A DNA stretch of 62,206 bases, filler included, from Choristocarpus tenellus KU-1152 (GCA_964200185.2; 10 parts of 10 records of this genome joined end to end with filler, not necessarily neighbours in it); one strand, 5' to 3'; counted from the first letter of the whole stretch, positions 37,784 to 51,255 are shown. Translations and numbers: made by a program. Notes: generated by a model not told the origin, from the sequence alone.

Positions 37784-40700
37784 ATGGATGAGTTGGACCT
37801 TGATGCAATCCTGGACGATACTCAGGTTCCTGATGTGAACACTGGGGATGGGGAACCTGATGATCTAGATTTGGACTCAATGCTCGATGATGCTCTAAAC
37901 ACGACGATTGATATCCCAGCAAACACAGATGCTGTAAAGGGCAAGTCCAGGTATAGCAGTTTGCAGCAACATGTGTCCTAAGCGAGCAATAGCTTCGTTG
38001 TATCGACCATAATATCTCTGAGTGGGATAAGTTAGGGATATGAAGGTAAAATCGCTGCCTCTTTCTTATCGACAAGTATTCGAGTGATTTGAGATTCATC
38101 CTACCGTTTCGATCCAACGCCCATTGTTGCAATACATATGTGCCTAATTGGGTTTGTAATATTTGCTACGTGCTTGCTATGGTACCGTACCTTCCCCCTA
38201 TATGCCTATTCTGCTCTTGTTCTCGTTATGGCACGACAGGGTCAGTAGTGCCTTTGGACCTTCCGAGCAATGGCTAAGTCGCCAAAAGGGTGGGGGGGGC
38301 AAGAGTGGTAACGGGATAGGAAGAACCGGGGAGAAAAAAGAACTTTGGCCATTTCTCTCGGAGGAGAGGAGAGAAGCTTGGGGGCAGGCATTGGTAGAGG
38401 ACGCCCAGCGGCAGGTACTCAGATCGGTAGTGCATCTAGGGGGGAGGTTGCGTTTCGAGTCTCTATCTAAGCTCGGGCTTTCCTAGACGTCAGTGTAACT
38501 CATATGTAGGACTCTTCTTAGGACTCGGGAATCACTTGATTGGAGTTGAACATGGAATCCCCATTACTGAAATGTTGGTGGAATCTTTGCGGATCTGCTA
38601 CGTGAGATCACCATGGGACGGCATAGCCTGTCGCATGACGTGGTTTAGTGTATCGTGATGAGGGCATACGACTGCTGCAGTGACAATCTACTCTGGAGGT
38701 TATTGGATCTCCTTCCTTCTTTGCCGCATCGCACTTCTCCTTGCCGTCTGTGAATTTGTCATCATTGTAGCCAGATGGTAGACTGTCACTATCACGTTGG
38801 TGGTATGTTGGTACTGCTACTGTACAAGCATTGCAAAATAATTTGTGCCCTTTTCTGTGATTTTTTCATATGTTGACCTACATTGCCATAGGCGTGCCAA
38901 GAAGTGCACATTTGTTTTATTTTTTTCAAGTGCCGACCAGGGTATTGTGATAATTCTTGAAAATGCTGGAGGCTCACATCAATGTATCGCCTCTGCTTAA
39001 CTTAGAAGAAGACGAAGAGTCTGCAGAAACACTAAGATTCCCAGACAAAATGTTTGTGCATTCAAGGGAACACCCCTATGAGGAGAGCATTCTACTTGTG
39101 ATGCCATGTCTTTACTACACACTGCGATACTCAGCTGTGAATAATGGTGCTATCTTACCTTACCCCTTTCATCTTTTGTGAAATTCCTATTGTTGTTGTT
39201 TATCTAGATGCTCTTGATTGTAACTTATCTAGATGATATTGATTGTAACATTCAAACATGCTCCTGGTAGAGTATGGTTATGCCTCATTAACTGAACACC
39301 TTACCCATGCATCCAAATAGGGGTGAACTTGAAAATGACAAGCTGGTGACCACGCCTCATTTGGAAGAGTTACAGGATTTAGGTTCGACAATAGACCCAG
39401 CGCTCCAAGCATTAGAAAGACCAAGTATTTGGTTCACCCCACTGGCCATATTAAATAAATGTGGAATCTTCAAAATGCTTTACTTCCAAAATCATTAACC
39501 CTGTATTGCATCTTTGTTTAGAGCCATTGCACCCTACTTGCTTCGAAGTGTTAAATAGTAGCATTTCAATGTCTGGTTTCCCTTGTCCTCTCAGGTGGGC
39601 ATGGACAAGCAACGTCCCCTCAGCAGAGCTTACAGCTCCTTTACCACTGGGAAAGACGAAGGGGGTGCAATACTACACTTGGGATCTGGTGCAGCAGACA
39701 AGCTGGCACAAGCACAGAATGGAGGGAGTACTGACCAGGCGTCAGGATTGGGGACTATGGCAGTGATAGGAGGTGGTTGTAGGGAGGTGGAAAACATGTT
39801 TGAAGGTTGGTGCTCTTGGACATTGTCGAATATGCTGATAAAAGTTTGAGTGAAACTAACATGCTAGCAAGCAGGTCCGTTCTGTTTATTGACCAGCACA
39901 GTGGAGCAGGAGTTGAGTTAGTGTTGCTATTGGGGTGTTCTTTTTTATTGTTTTCTTTAGTGTAAGTAAATAGAGGGTAATCACTTCAACTTTATACAGT
40001 TGTACAGCCTAGTTGTGTAGTTGTTCAAAAGTGATAGGGTTCTATTCATGGACCTGCACCACGGACAGAGTTCGTATGGGTGTTGACAAGGGATGTTCTT
40101 GAGTTTTTTGTATCAACTGTAGAGCTCTACTGTTAATAAACTCCAGACACTTTTAGCACATATGAAACATGAAGTTCATCTGTGTAGACTGGACCATGTA
40201 CCAAAGTTTTCCCCAGTATAGTAGATTTTGCCTGGAATATGATTGTCCTGTTGTATACGAGATACCTGAAGTAAACTATCTGAATACCCATTATGAGCAA
40301 GATTTCAGCCAAATAACCTCCAGTGAGTGCTAAATTGTGTGCCAATTGTACCACTTGTTGTAGTACATACGTCAAACTGTTTGTTTGACAGAAGGATATC
40401 AGTTGATACCAAATTTTCTGCAATGGAGTATTCCACCTGGACTGCTGTACACATTCAACAATCTGCTGAAGTCCACTATGAAGAAGACTTTTGTAGGGCA
40501 TGCTTCATATTGTGTTTTTGTTTGTTGAGTTGAACTCTATCAACTCTATCCAAGAGGAAACAAGTATTCTCGCTACATTTCTGTGGACAGACATTCTGGA
40601 TAAATGCATAGCGACAGCTGGAGTAGAGGAGATCTCCTTATGCGAGGATGAGAATGACAAGGAGACTGTGGCGCGCTTACGGGTGAGTCAGGCAGCCAAG

Positions 40701-41380
40701 GCAATGGAGGAATTGTAGGGTAGTTTTTGTGGAGCAATGTCAAGCTTTGCTCCCAGGAAGAGAAATGAAATAGGGTGAGGGTTGATGTTGCGTTTCTTCT
40801 TATTGGCTACCATTCAACATTTCATTCAGGGCTGTACCATATTGTTCTAGGGTATCAAGTGTACCTTTACCCCCTTGCGTGAACTGTTTTAGACCATGGA
40901 TCCAGCACAGCGCTATGATACTCATGTGTTAAGGATGCTCATTTGAAGTACATAGAGTCAGCTAGCACCTTGTGAAGAATGCTCCTGAAGAGGTACATAA
41001 TATAATAGTAGTGCACTTGTGACATTCATATTTTCTTTGGTTCATTTCCCTCATTAGCAATACCTCTAGGCAACAAGTGGTGCCGGCAAACCCTTCATGG
41101 CTTGAGATTTTCATATTGCCATTGTCCCTCAGACTATCAAATGTTTGGCATTAGTCTTGAGAGATGGTAGCAGACAAGATGTTTCCTAGTCCTCTGCCAT
41201 CCATATGCTGTCCTCTGAACTGATATAATATCCTACTGTTGTGACTGTTCGGGATTGTTCACCTGTCCGCAGGCATCGTACCTAAACATGGTGGCCAAGG
41301 ACGTCAAGTCTAGGGTGGCGAATGATCCGGATATGGACCCTTCCAGATTCCCTGGCATCGCCTCAAAAGTTCTTTGCTGA
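37784..41380 (+). CDS. Protein of about 240 aa with acidic Pex19-like N-terminal motifs and a BAG6-like C-terminal module; exons 37784-37950, 38240-38414, 39595-39772, 40591-40682, 41273-41380
   Basis: MDELDLDAILDD and DDLDLDSMLDDAL; WGQALVEDAQRQVGMDKQRPLSRAYSS; YLNMVAKDVKSRVANDPDMDPSRFPG-stop; GT-AG with matching phases (exon 3 donor least certain). Confidence 0.75.
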
Positions 41381-43138
41381 CATTCTCTTGTCCTTTGATG
41401 TTGCCACTAGTGGTTATTGATGGATTGACTGGGGAGGCTCGATACTAGGCTTGGATATCATGCTTCCGTTGGAGACACAAGTTTGGAATGTTGTTTGCAC
41501 TATTAATGAGATATACCCCCACCTGACATAAGTAGGGACACACTTCATAGTGAAAAATTCAGCTACATTGACCCAGGCTGAGAAGTAGTACACCTCTGTG
41601 CCATGTAATGGTCCAAATTGGGAGACAGGATGTGATGTTTCACTATGTTCTTGCTGGTTGTGTTTTGATGTGATGATACTTGTAAAACAGCAATAATAGT
41701 TCAATGAAGCTTGAATAGAGCTTGCTCCACAGTTCTGGTCAGCTCTGTTTCCTCTTGGCACTTTCACCATGGAAGGTGAGCCGTTTAGATATGTTGACCT
41801 CTTACATAGAGCGTAATGGTTTTACTGTACACAAATCATCTCCACTCTCATATGCTTTACATTCTCCCGATTGAGTAATCTCTTCAATTGATGCTGTGAT
41901 GGGCACTGCTGGATTGCTTCAAGCCTGTTTCAGTTAGAGGTAATTTATAAATGCTGTATATATCTGCGGTTCTGTCTCCTTCATCCACCAAGGCTTTTCC
42001 TGAGGTTCCTGAGTCAACAAAGAAACATGTTAGTAGTTTGCTTCTAGCTTAGGCTCCCCCCACCTCCCTGTCCTCTCTCTCTAGTATCTGCCTTTTGTCT
42101 TGTCATCTCACCTATACTAGCCACATACCAAGTGCCATTTTGTCCTCAAAGGAGATCATTGCACGTAAGTACGATGCCAACTTGTGGCTTCCAATTCACA
42201 TCTATATCAGATCAGTTCCTTGTATGTTTCTACCTTTCAGCAATAAATGGGTGTGTCTCCACAACTTCATGTACGAAAAAGAGGGAACTGATGTTAGTGC
42301 GGGGTGGAGGCATCCAAGTCAGGGATAACACTAGCACTCCAGAATGCAGCAAAATGTCCATTTTTGCGAGAAGTCTGGTTTTAAACCCAATGAAAAAAAG
42401 GGGTCGGCAGATCTATCGGAAGGTATAAACGCTACAACCAACATACCATTGGTGGTTTGTTTGTTTCAAGGGGCATACTATAATGCTGAATGAACTTCAA
42501 CCTACATCTAGTATATATGACAGATCTGGTCCACACTACTGCTGATCCTGAGTTTAAAACAGAGAGGAGTAGCATTTCTAAACCACAACCCGCAACTCAT
42601 ACCCTTGCTGTTGGCTTCATTCCATCTGATCTTGCACAGCTGCCTGCCTGCAGCTAACTACTGGGTAATTATGCAGTATCATACAGACTAGTATCTATGA
42701 TGGTTCATTGGAATGCAATGTTTTCAAGTTAAGTCTGCATTCTTTTCCACGGAAATGGAAATAGGCTTTTTTGTGAGGTATTAATAGTCCATACCATAGT
42801 GCATGTTATGCACTAATTTGTTGAGGCAAGAGCAATGACATACTGCCTGTTGCCCATCCCAATAATATGATCTATTGTGGTTGAAGGTCCATACATTATT
42901 GGAGCTAAGTGAGTAAGTAATGAGCGAGCAGGATATTGAAAAATATCATTCGTGTGCAAATGGCAAGCCCTACATTCTGGTGTGTTTGGAAGAGTACCTG
43001 CCACTTTCAAGCACAAGCCTCAAAATAGTTTTCCTTGCTCAATTTGACTGACTACGTAAGTTAAATTTGATCAATCCCTGGTGGAGAGGGCAGATGATAA
43101 CAGCAGAATGACAGGACTCAATTTTTGCTTTCATATTG

Positions 43139-46100
43139 TCACCCCCCTGGGGGTGCAGTTGTCTTGTCTCCTAATCGTTTGGCCATGTCTGTCACTGTAA
43201 TCTGAAGTGTGTGGACCATGTTCTCCAGTGCCTGTGTTTGTTTCCATTGAAGAGGTAGGTTGTGGTTTGGAAAGTCGTTATTTTGTTTGGTCGGGGGGAG
43301 GGGGGGTTGCCACGACAACAGAAGAGGGTTGAAGCGTGGTATTTTGGAGAAGTGACACTCCCGAAACAAAATAATGTTTAAAGAATGTGCTTCAAACGAA
43401 AGAACACATGCAGAAGTCAGTTCCGTGCTACAATATTATGTTTCTACCTTCACACAATGATTACTAGTAATAGGTTGAAAGGTCCCAAACTCATGGCCAT
43501 AAGGAATAAAAATAAAAGACTAAGCATGAAAAGAGAAAAGAATAGAAAAATGAAAAATGGAGTACATAGGATTTGAAACAAAACTTGGATCAAGAGGGAT
43601 GGGTACACCATGACCATCAGAGAACAAACTCCACGAGTAGCATGAAGGGCTGAAGTTTGGACGTAGGGTGCACCCATCCATCTAGACATCACACATCACA
43701 ACAAATGCTCGAAAACTAATCAATGTACTGAAACTGGCAGTGAGTCTTCTTGGTGAGCTCAGCTACTCATGAGTGATTCCTTATGCGAGCTCATCATTCT
43801 ATGTATCCATAGAATCAGTTAGAGAAAAAGTACATCATGTCAACAATTCTCTCAGACCACTACCACCTTGTGGTGTATATGCTATGGCGTCAAGATGAAA
43901 AAAGAGCACTGTCCAGTTCTTTCTTGGCAATTCTTTCAAGTACAAGGTACTTGGAATTTCATCCTCCAGTCTCACCAAAAAGCATACAATGTTACTTCAC
44001 CTTTACTCGGACCAGAAGCCTGTCAACACTGATCTGTTGGTTGGATGTGATTCCTGCAATATCTTTAAGGCCTTCGACTACCACAGGGGCAAATCCAGGG
44101 TAATCCACAGCCAGGTAGTCGTCGTCTCCAGATCTGAGGGACAGAAGGAAGAAATTTTTGCGTTTCAATGCACAAGTGCCACACAATATTAAAGAAAGGT
44201 AGATGGATCCCATTCGGTCTCCCCATTCACTGCCAATTGTGGTATATCTACATAATGGCATTCCTTGAACTGTGGCCTGTGGTAAAACATGCAAGTGGTA
44301 GTCCAGAATGTAATGTCATCTCTTGTATTCTGGCCTATGACCAACATTGTTCCCAACACCTTCACAGCCTGCAGTTTATCCTCTCAAACTTTACTAATTA
44401 ATCCTTTGAACTTTTGTCGAGCTCCATCCATCATTCTTCACGTGAAATATTGAGATACAGACTGGAAATAATGACTTGGCCATGCCACAGTTATTATTGC
44501 TGATGATGAGGATCAAGGATGAGTTCAAGGTGTCTGAGATTGCTCTGCAAAGCAGCATCAACTTGAGTATGTGGACATCAAAGATCACAATGCCTCAGGT
44601 TTGAAACTAAGGTACCACCACTAGCAGAAATGAACGATTCATTGATGCTATCATGTGAATCATCTGAACGCAGTAAACCAGAGTCCCTGAATCATATCCA
44701 GCAGGTAGGATCGTTGTGGCTATCTGTTGCCTAGGTGCAAATTTAGCCACCTACAACAAATCGAACATCTCATGGTGATTCTTAGACTGGGGAGTCACTG
44801 GAGGGAACCAAACTATGGCTCCTGTGATGAGACAAAGAACAACGTTACACTGAGATGAATTTACCGTTCCATTTTCAATAGTGTGCATGATCAACTGGTC
44901 CAAACGTAAGGAGCAGGCCACAATGAACTGCAGATTGTCTACTCAGCAATATCACAACTCATGAGATGAATTGTAATAAAAATTAAAAACATCAATTCCT
45001 ACTCCTTCCCTCCCTCAAAATGGTAAGGGTGAAGAAAAGCGCTATCAGTGAATTAACTACTCAAAAATAATCTACCTCCACAAACACAAGTTAACAACAC
45101 CACCAGCCCACTTAGAATCCATTCCATAATTTCCGTTCATAGTAAGATAGCACTGAGGAGTTTTCCTTGTGTGCCTTTCAGTTCATTTGCTGAGTCATGA
45201 AATAGATTAAACTGAACCATATGCCCAAATTGACATGGGCCATACACTTCGCCCCCCATGTAAATATATTTCAGCATTCACTCTAAGTGAAGTAAATCTT
45301 GCCTATAGACAAGCTCTGGAAACACTTCCTCCACCTCTTGGGCAATGAATCCCATGTTCTTCCTATCTCCTCCTCTTTTGTGCTGGGGGGTGCCCCTACG
45401 CCACCGAAAATTGACCTGGAGAACAACATTAATATGTACAGGGGTTCTTATGGGGCAACACACGCAAAAACAAAAAATATGGAGAGTGGGACGCATGCAA
45501 CCGGAATCCATGAGCCTGCAATTGAGATTCACTAAAGGGATTAAGGCAGCTCCTGATCCGCAACACAATTTTCTCACACCCTATCTGGCAACAATTGAGC
45601 ATGATGGCCAATCATACGTTCACCGGTTGCAGAGATAGCAAGCATCAGATAAAAAAAGACACTGCTGAATGATAATGATTAAGTGCAAGAAATGTCTTGC
45701 TCTCACCCCATTCACTCGACTCAAGCTCTCCAAAGGACTTGACAACGGAAGGATATCCTCCTTCAGTCGCAAATCAGAAGAAGTAACGAAGCTGGATGCT
45801 GTAGCAACTCCTGAACTTGATATACTGGCTATATTCAATGTTCCTGCACTTGCAGTAATTGACCCTGTATTCAACACTAGGTCACCAGCAGTGATGCCCA
45901 CTCCACCAGTGTCTACCGAAATGGCTGCACTGCTACTCACACCAGCTGCTGTCACCACAGCTGAACTTGATATCCCAACGGAAGTCAAAGAACCCAAAGT
46001 TGCAGTGATGGACCCTGCATCCAACACCAAGTTTCCAGCAGTGATTCCCACTCCACCAGTGTCTACCGTGATGGCTGCACTACTACTCACACCAGCTGCT

Positions 46101-46710
46101 GTGATCACAGCCGAGCTACTCAAACCAGCCGCAGTAACGACAGCCGAACTACTTACACCAACCGAAGTCACAGAGCCCAGTGTGGTCGTGATGGATCCTG
46201 CATCCAACACCAAGTTACCAGAAGTGATGCCCATTCCACCAGTGTCAACTGTGATGGCCGCAGTGCTATTCACACCAGCTGCTGTCACCACAGCCGAGCT
46301 ACTTACACCAACAGAGGTCACTGAGCCCAATGTGGCTGTGATGGATCCTGCATCCAACACCAAGTTACCAGCAGTGATTTCCATCCCACCAGTGTCAACT
46401 GTGATGGCTGCAGTGCTGCTTACACCAGCAGCAGTAACTATAGCTGAGCTACTCACACCAACAGAGGTCACAGAGCCCAATGTGGCCGTGATAGACCCTG
46501 CATCCAGGACCAGGTTACCAGCAGTGATGCCCACTCCACCAGTGTCAACTGTGATGGCCGCACTGCTGCTCACACCAGCAGCCGTCACCACAGCCGAGCT
46601 ACTTACACCAACAGAGGTCACTGAGCCCAATGTGGCTGTGATAGATCCTGCATCCAACACCAAGTTACCAGCAGTGATTTCCATCCCACCAGTGTCAACT
46701 GTGATGGCTG
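43139..46710 (-). CDS. Phage/virus fibre-like repeat protein with C-terminal Peptidase S74 (intramolecular chaperone) domain and coiled coil, 5' partial; exons 46710-45707, 45415-45303, 44133-44001, 43231-43139
   Basis: 50-aa G/T/S/A/V repeats, then TSSDLRLKEDI, GVNFRW, MGFIAQEVEEVFPELV, YLAVDYPG, VEGLKDI, VKALENMVHTLQ; three introns in consistent phase (second is GC-AG). Confidence 0.9.
45790..46710 (-). repeat. Coding tandem repeat, 150-bp unit, about 6 units visible, running into the contig end
   Basis: Unit TGG(M/V)xITAGNLVLDAGSITATLGSVTSVGVSSSAVVTAAGVSSxAAITVD; one unit has an extra 11-aa subrepeat. Confidence 0.95.
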
Positions 46711-47352
46711 NNNNNNNNNNNNNNNNNNNNNNNNNNNNNNNNNNNNNNNNNNNNTTAATTAATTAANNNNNNNNNNNNNNNNNNNNNNNNNNNNNNNNNN
46801 NNNNNNNNNNACATTCTTGTCCTGTGCCCCCAGTCAACCAGAATTCTCCCGCCCACAAAACTCAGTTTACTTCATAAACTCTCACATCGCATATAAAAAA
46901 ATGTATTATGTAGAATATAATATTGAAATATAATGGTTGGAACACGAATAATCTATCTTCTTGTGTCCGCAATATTCCCAAGTAAGTTGGATTGAACTTC
47001 GGTCCATTACAGGATATTGATGACCAGAATCGAGTGTGGGAGTTTGCTACCGCTGTTGCAGGGGTTGCTCTCTTTGCCGCTCAGAACCAGTGGAGGAGCT
47101 ACGAGAACATCGCCTGTGCCTAGATACGCCAGGGTCTATTGATCTTGCTCGCTCATGGATGCATCAGCAGAGCTCGGTTCTGAGGTAGAGGTGGAATATA
47201 CTAATTTTGACGAGGGACCCACTTGGAGAACTTGGGTCACCATGACAAGCATCCTCCTTCATAATATAGCCTTTCAATCTTGGTGAAGCAGTTCTTTTGC
47301 ATGGTATTGCTTGTACCCCGCAGTTACTCAAGTATCAATTCGTATCGACCAT

Positions 47353-48467
47353 ATGGGATCAGGTGGAGATATGTCCCCTCATCCTCTGAAGTCCTCTATC
47401 CGCTATATCTCGACTTCACAGGTTGTGCCTCCTGTGTTTGGATCAGCGGGCCCTGTGACCAAGGCTATTGACCTGGATGAAATTTTCTCAGGTGAAGTTA
47501 CGCTGTTGTCAGTGAAGTCCTTACTCCCAGACCGCTAAAGCACTTATCACGATACAAGTACAACAGTCACCAATACAGCACCCGTAATATCTACTTCAGT
47601 TTAACGCGGTAAACATTACCAATTGACATGTCGTCCCACCCTCAACATCTAGGTCATTCTGACGAACCGAACCTCAATAATCTATGTGCGATCCCAGTCA
47701 GTGGCGTACCCTGAGCAATACCCATCTCATCCACCCTAGTATCCCCACCACCGATTAAATTTCGCCCCCACACTTCCTGTTACGCGAAAGATTATTATTT
47801 CTCTTTTGGATCTCAGGATGGAGAGGCGGACGAGTCAGCCATCTCTGCTGCAGCGACTGCCCTTTCAGACCCCTCTGCCCCCCTTCTTTCCCTTCCCGAT
47901 ATATGTGTGGAGGGGCGCTCTTGGCTAGAAGGACAGGACTCTGGGCGATCAGGAGGAATAAGTACTATGGAACTAGACACTGAAAGCAGTGCGTTACCTG
48001 GTGCAGCTGTGGTAAGGCCAGGGGAAGAGGACATGAGATCTGGGGACGGAATAGATAGTACTGGTGCTGTTGCTGCTCCCGGAGCAGAGACAGGAATGAA
48101 AATGGGAGTGAGTTCGAAGGGCATTGGACCAATGCCTGTGGGCTCTGAGGGGGAGACAGAAACGGGACCTGGTGCAGGAATAGCAACAGGAACCATGGGA
48201 GCGGTGCGGGGGGGAGGATTAGGTAGTAGGGGGATTGGCATCAGCCTTGGGCTGGCAGCTGGGGTGGCATATGGCAAGGATGTGGTGAAACAAGAGGGTG
48301 GTGAAGGGGAGGTGGGAGGGGTGCTTGGTAAGCGGCATGCTCTGGCAGCAGCACCTGAGGGAACAGGGCATGTGATGGGAGGAGCTGATGGGGTAGGAAG
48401 TGGGGGACTGGTGGTGGGCATGGTGAATGCTCGTTCTATGTCGGAGAAGCAGAAACTGGAGCGAAGG
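47353..48467 (+). CDS. Aureochrome-like bZIP(-LOV) blue-light transcription factor, first two exons (47353-47491, 47791-48467)
   Basis: Splicing creates IDLDEIFSDYYF (aureochrome-like N-terminal motif); exon 2 ends NARSMSEKQKLERR, the lead-in to the aureochrome basic region. Remaining bZIP and LOV not seen on this contig. Confidence 0.7.
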
Positions 48468-51255
48468 GTGAGGGTTAGGGTTAGGGTTGGATGGGGTGAA
48501 AAGACTTTGTGTGGAGATAGAGGTAGTGCTTGCTTTAATAGACTGGACAGAAATGGGAATGTGCCAACAGCTACAAATGGAAAGCAGTATTGATCCTCAA
48601 ATCCTTGTCTTTTGTCCGCTTTTTGTCATCCGTAATCCTGAAGTATGAATTTGTGTACTGCCCTGAGTGATAAGGGTATTAGACCGGTGGATTACAGCCT
48701 AAGTCCTGAGTAGTAACATACTACTCTGTACTCTGGTTTGATTAGTTCTTTTGTTCCGTGTTTTACTTGTGGGTTAGGGTTACAGAATTTCATCCTCTAT
48801 CCATTTTTTTTTTAACATAAATACATAAACATTGCTTGTATTCAGGATCCAAGCATCCTTGTTTAGTTCTCTTACAAGTGTCACAACCAAGCTTTCGACC
48901 TCCATATATACTGTTACATATATACTGTTACGCTCCACAAGTCAGTATTTTGGTGTGAATATGTTTTTGTGTACTTGAATATATAATCCAGCATATACTA
49001 GTGAACTGATATGCTCCACTTATGCCACAAGGGGGACACTTACACCAAATTGTAGACTGGCCTAGTTATATCAATAGGTACATTTAATATGTTGGGGACA
49101 GGGTTATTTGTTAGCAATAATTTATTGACCTAATAGTCAGTGTGAGATGGGTGGGTAGGTGGGAAGCTTGTGGCACTCAGAGCCTTTTTTTGAGAAACAG
49201 TTAAAAGGGGGTAGTGGGAGTAGTAGTGGGTCGATTTGTATATTTTTCCTGTCATGGTTTTGAGTAAGGTCTTATTTGTGTTTTTAAGGTTTCAACACTT
49301 CTTTGAATTGACTAATCATGTGCTGAATAACTACGATTTTTTCTGACACAAATCCCAACTCCAACCCTTATCAAAACATACACTATGAACATTTATATAT
49401 ATTTTGAATCAAAATAGTAATTCAAACTTTATTTTTAACTGCCTTAGCCCTAACCCTGTTAGTAACTCAAAGTATGTTTTCTACTATAAAGATTCATGCG
49501 AGGAGGAGTTACAAAATCTGTCTATCTATCCAACAATAGGTTTCTATAGATAGTCGGTGACATAATTTTTTTCTGAGGCCTTTGCAGACGCTCACTGCAG
49601 ACCATGAAAAAAATCATTGATTTCTACCATGAGTATGTAAGGGGTTGGTGGGTTAGTATCATGGCTCAATATAAGAGGACACCACTGATGGTTTATTTCT
49701 CCAAGACTAGAAAAACCCAGTAACATGATTGGTTCCTCTCAATCTTGTAGTAACATGATTGGTTCCTCTCAATCTTGTAGGGTTTTCCCGGTTGAAGATT
49801 TCTTCATGCCAACAAGAAATAATTCAGGCTTTTTGCTTTCGGAAAAAATCGACTATTGATACACGATGGACCCCCCCCCTTTTTGTGCTTGTTTTACTGA
49901 TTGATATTAAACCTGGATGTGCTCTTCTGTGGCTCATGCATGAGAATTTTGCCAACCCATGGATAACATTTCCAGCTGTTTCAGGGGTGTACTGGACCGA
50001 TGAAAGTAGTTGTTCCAAGGAAGGGCCTTGAGAGATAAACAGTGTGTTTTATGTGTTGTTTTTTTTTGCCGAGTAGTTGCATAATTAAGAAAGACATCCC
50101 CCTCCCCCCCCCCCCCCCCCCCCCCCCCACTCCNNNNNNNNNNNNNNNNNNNNNNNNNNNNNNNNNNNNNNNNNNNNTTAATTAATTAANNNNNNNNNNN
50201 NNNNNNNNNNNNNNNNNNNNNNNNNNNNNNNNNGAAAAAAAAAGTGTTGTTTAACCGAAAGCGGCCCCCCCCCCCCACCCCCCCCCCCCCCCCCAGATAC
50301 GTTGACCCCACGGTCCATTTCGTACGACTCTTGAGCTTCACACAACCTTTTAGATGGGCAAAATGTGGGACCAACTTACCAGGAGCAGTTCATAATCGGA
50401 GAACTTTTTTCAGTTCGTTTTGGCCCAAATTTCAAAAAAAATCTGAACAAAAACCCCTTAGAACGGACTATTTATGTCCATTCTACTCGATGCCAGATCA
50501 AAATAAAATAAAACGGTCCACCGTTAAAGAACCCCAACCCTATATATTACCACATCTTTGTACTTTCATCGATCAAGGGACGACAAGCAATGACCATCAT
50601 TTCTACACCTTTACTGAAGTAGTAATTAATATTGATAGCGCACCTAACTCAACCCCAATCCAAACTTCCAAAACAAACCAATACGCCGGACGCTACCTCT
50701 GTCCCCCCCCCCCCAGCTCCTTCAAACTTTACACAGATTGCCTGCATCATTGATCACAGGAGTGGAGTAATTAATCATCAACCCTAACCCTACAACACCA
50801 AGACCATTAACCCCAGACAGGGGTATTGAGAAGGCTCCAACATGCAGCAGGGCAACGATATTCCAAGAAATCGAAGACTGCTGCCAACCATGCAAGGGGA
50901 GACCACCCAGTCAGAATAAAGGTGTAAGGTTAATCCCTACGATAGCAGCTGAGATCAACATACCATTGACGATATCTTCAACAGTCATCCCGTATCACAA
51001 ACCCAACCCTAACCCTACTTCCAACCTCCCCTATCTTGGGTGACGTTTTCGAGGCTTTGGGGGGTATAGGGGTGGAACAGGAACAATCCATCAGAAACGA
51101 TTTCTTTGCCTAAACATGCAGAAAAAAAAAAAAATTTAAACGGTTCGCACTGGTTCGCACGGTTCAAATGATCCACACCAGGTTCCTACAAAAACCACGT
51201 AGACACTACTATTGTCAGCTACTAAACCGATTCGTTGAAGTAACTTCATACTTAC

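Noticed and set aside
45669-46766. 365-aa plus-strand ORF
   Set aside because: Antisense shadow of the fibre repeats; the S74 motifs and splice sites are on the minus strand
47813-48421. Pro-rich minus-strand ORF
   Set aside because: Antisense of the Gly-rich aureochrome-like exon
49719-49780. 30-bp tandem duplication (also 14-15 bp duplications near 48903 and 21043)
   Set aside because: Ordinary slippage duplications in non-coding DNA
4445-50233. Recurrent TTAATTAATTAA palindrome and apparent gene neighbourhoods (e.g. FNIP with CUL3 as a ubiquitin system)
   Set aside because: Artificial linkers between unrelated contigs; no linkage can be inferred
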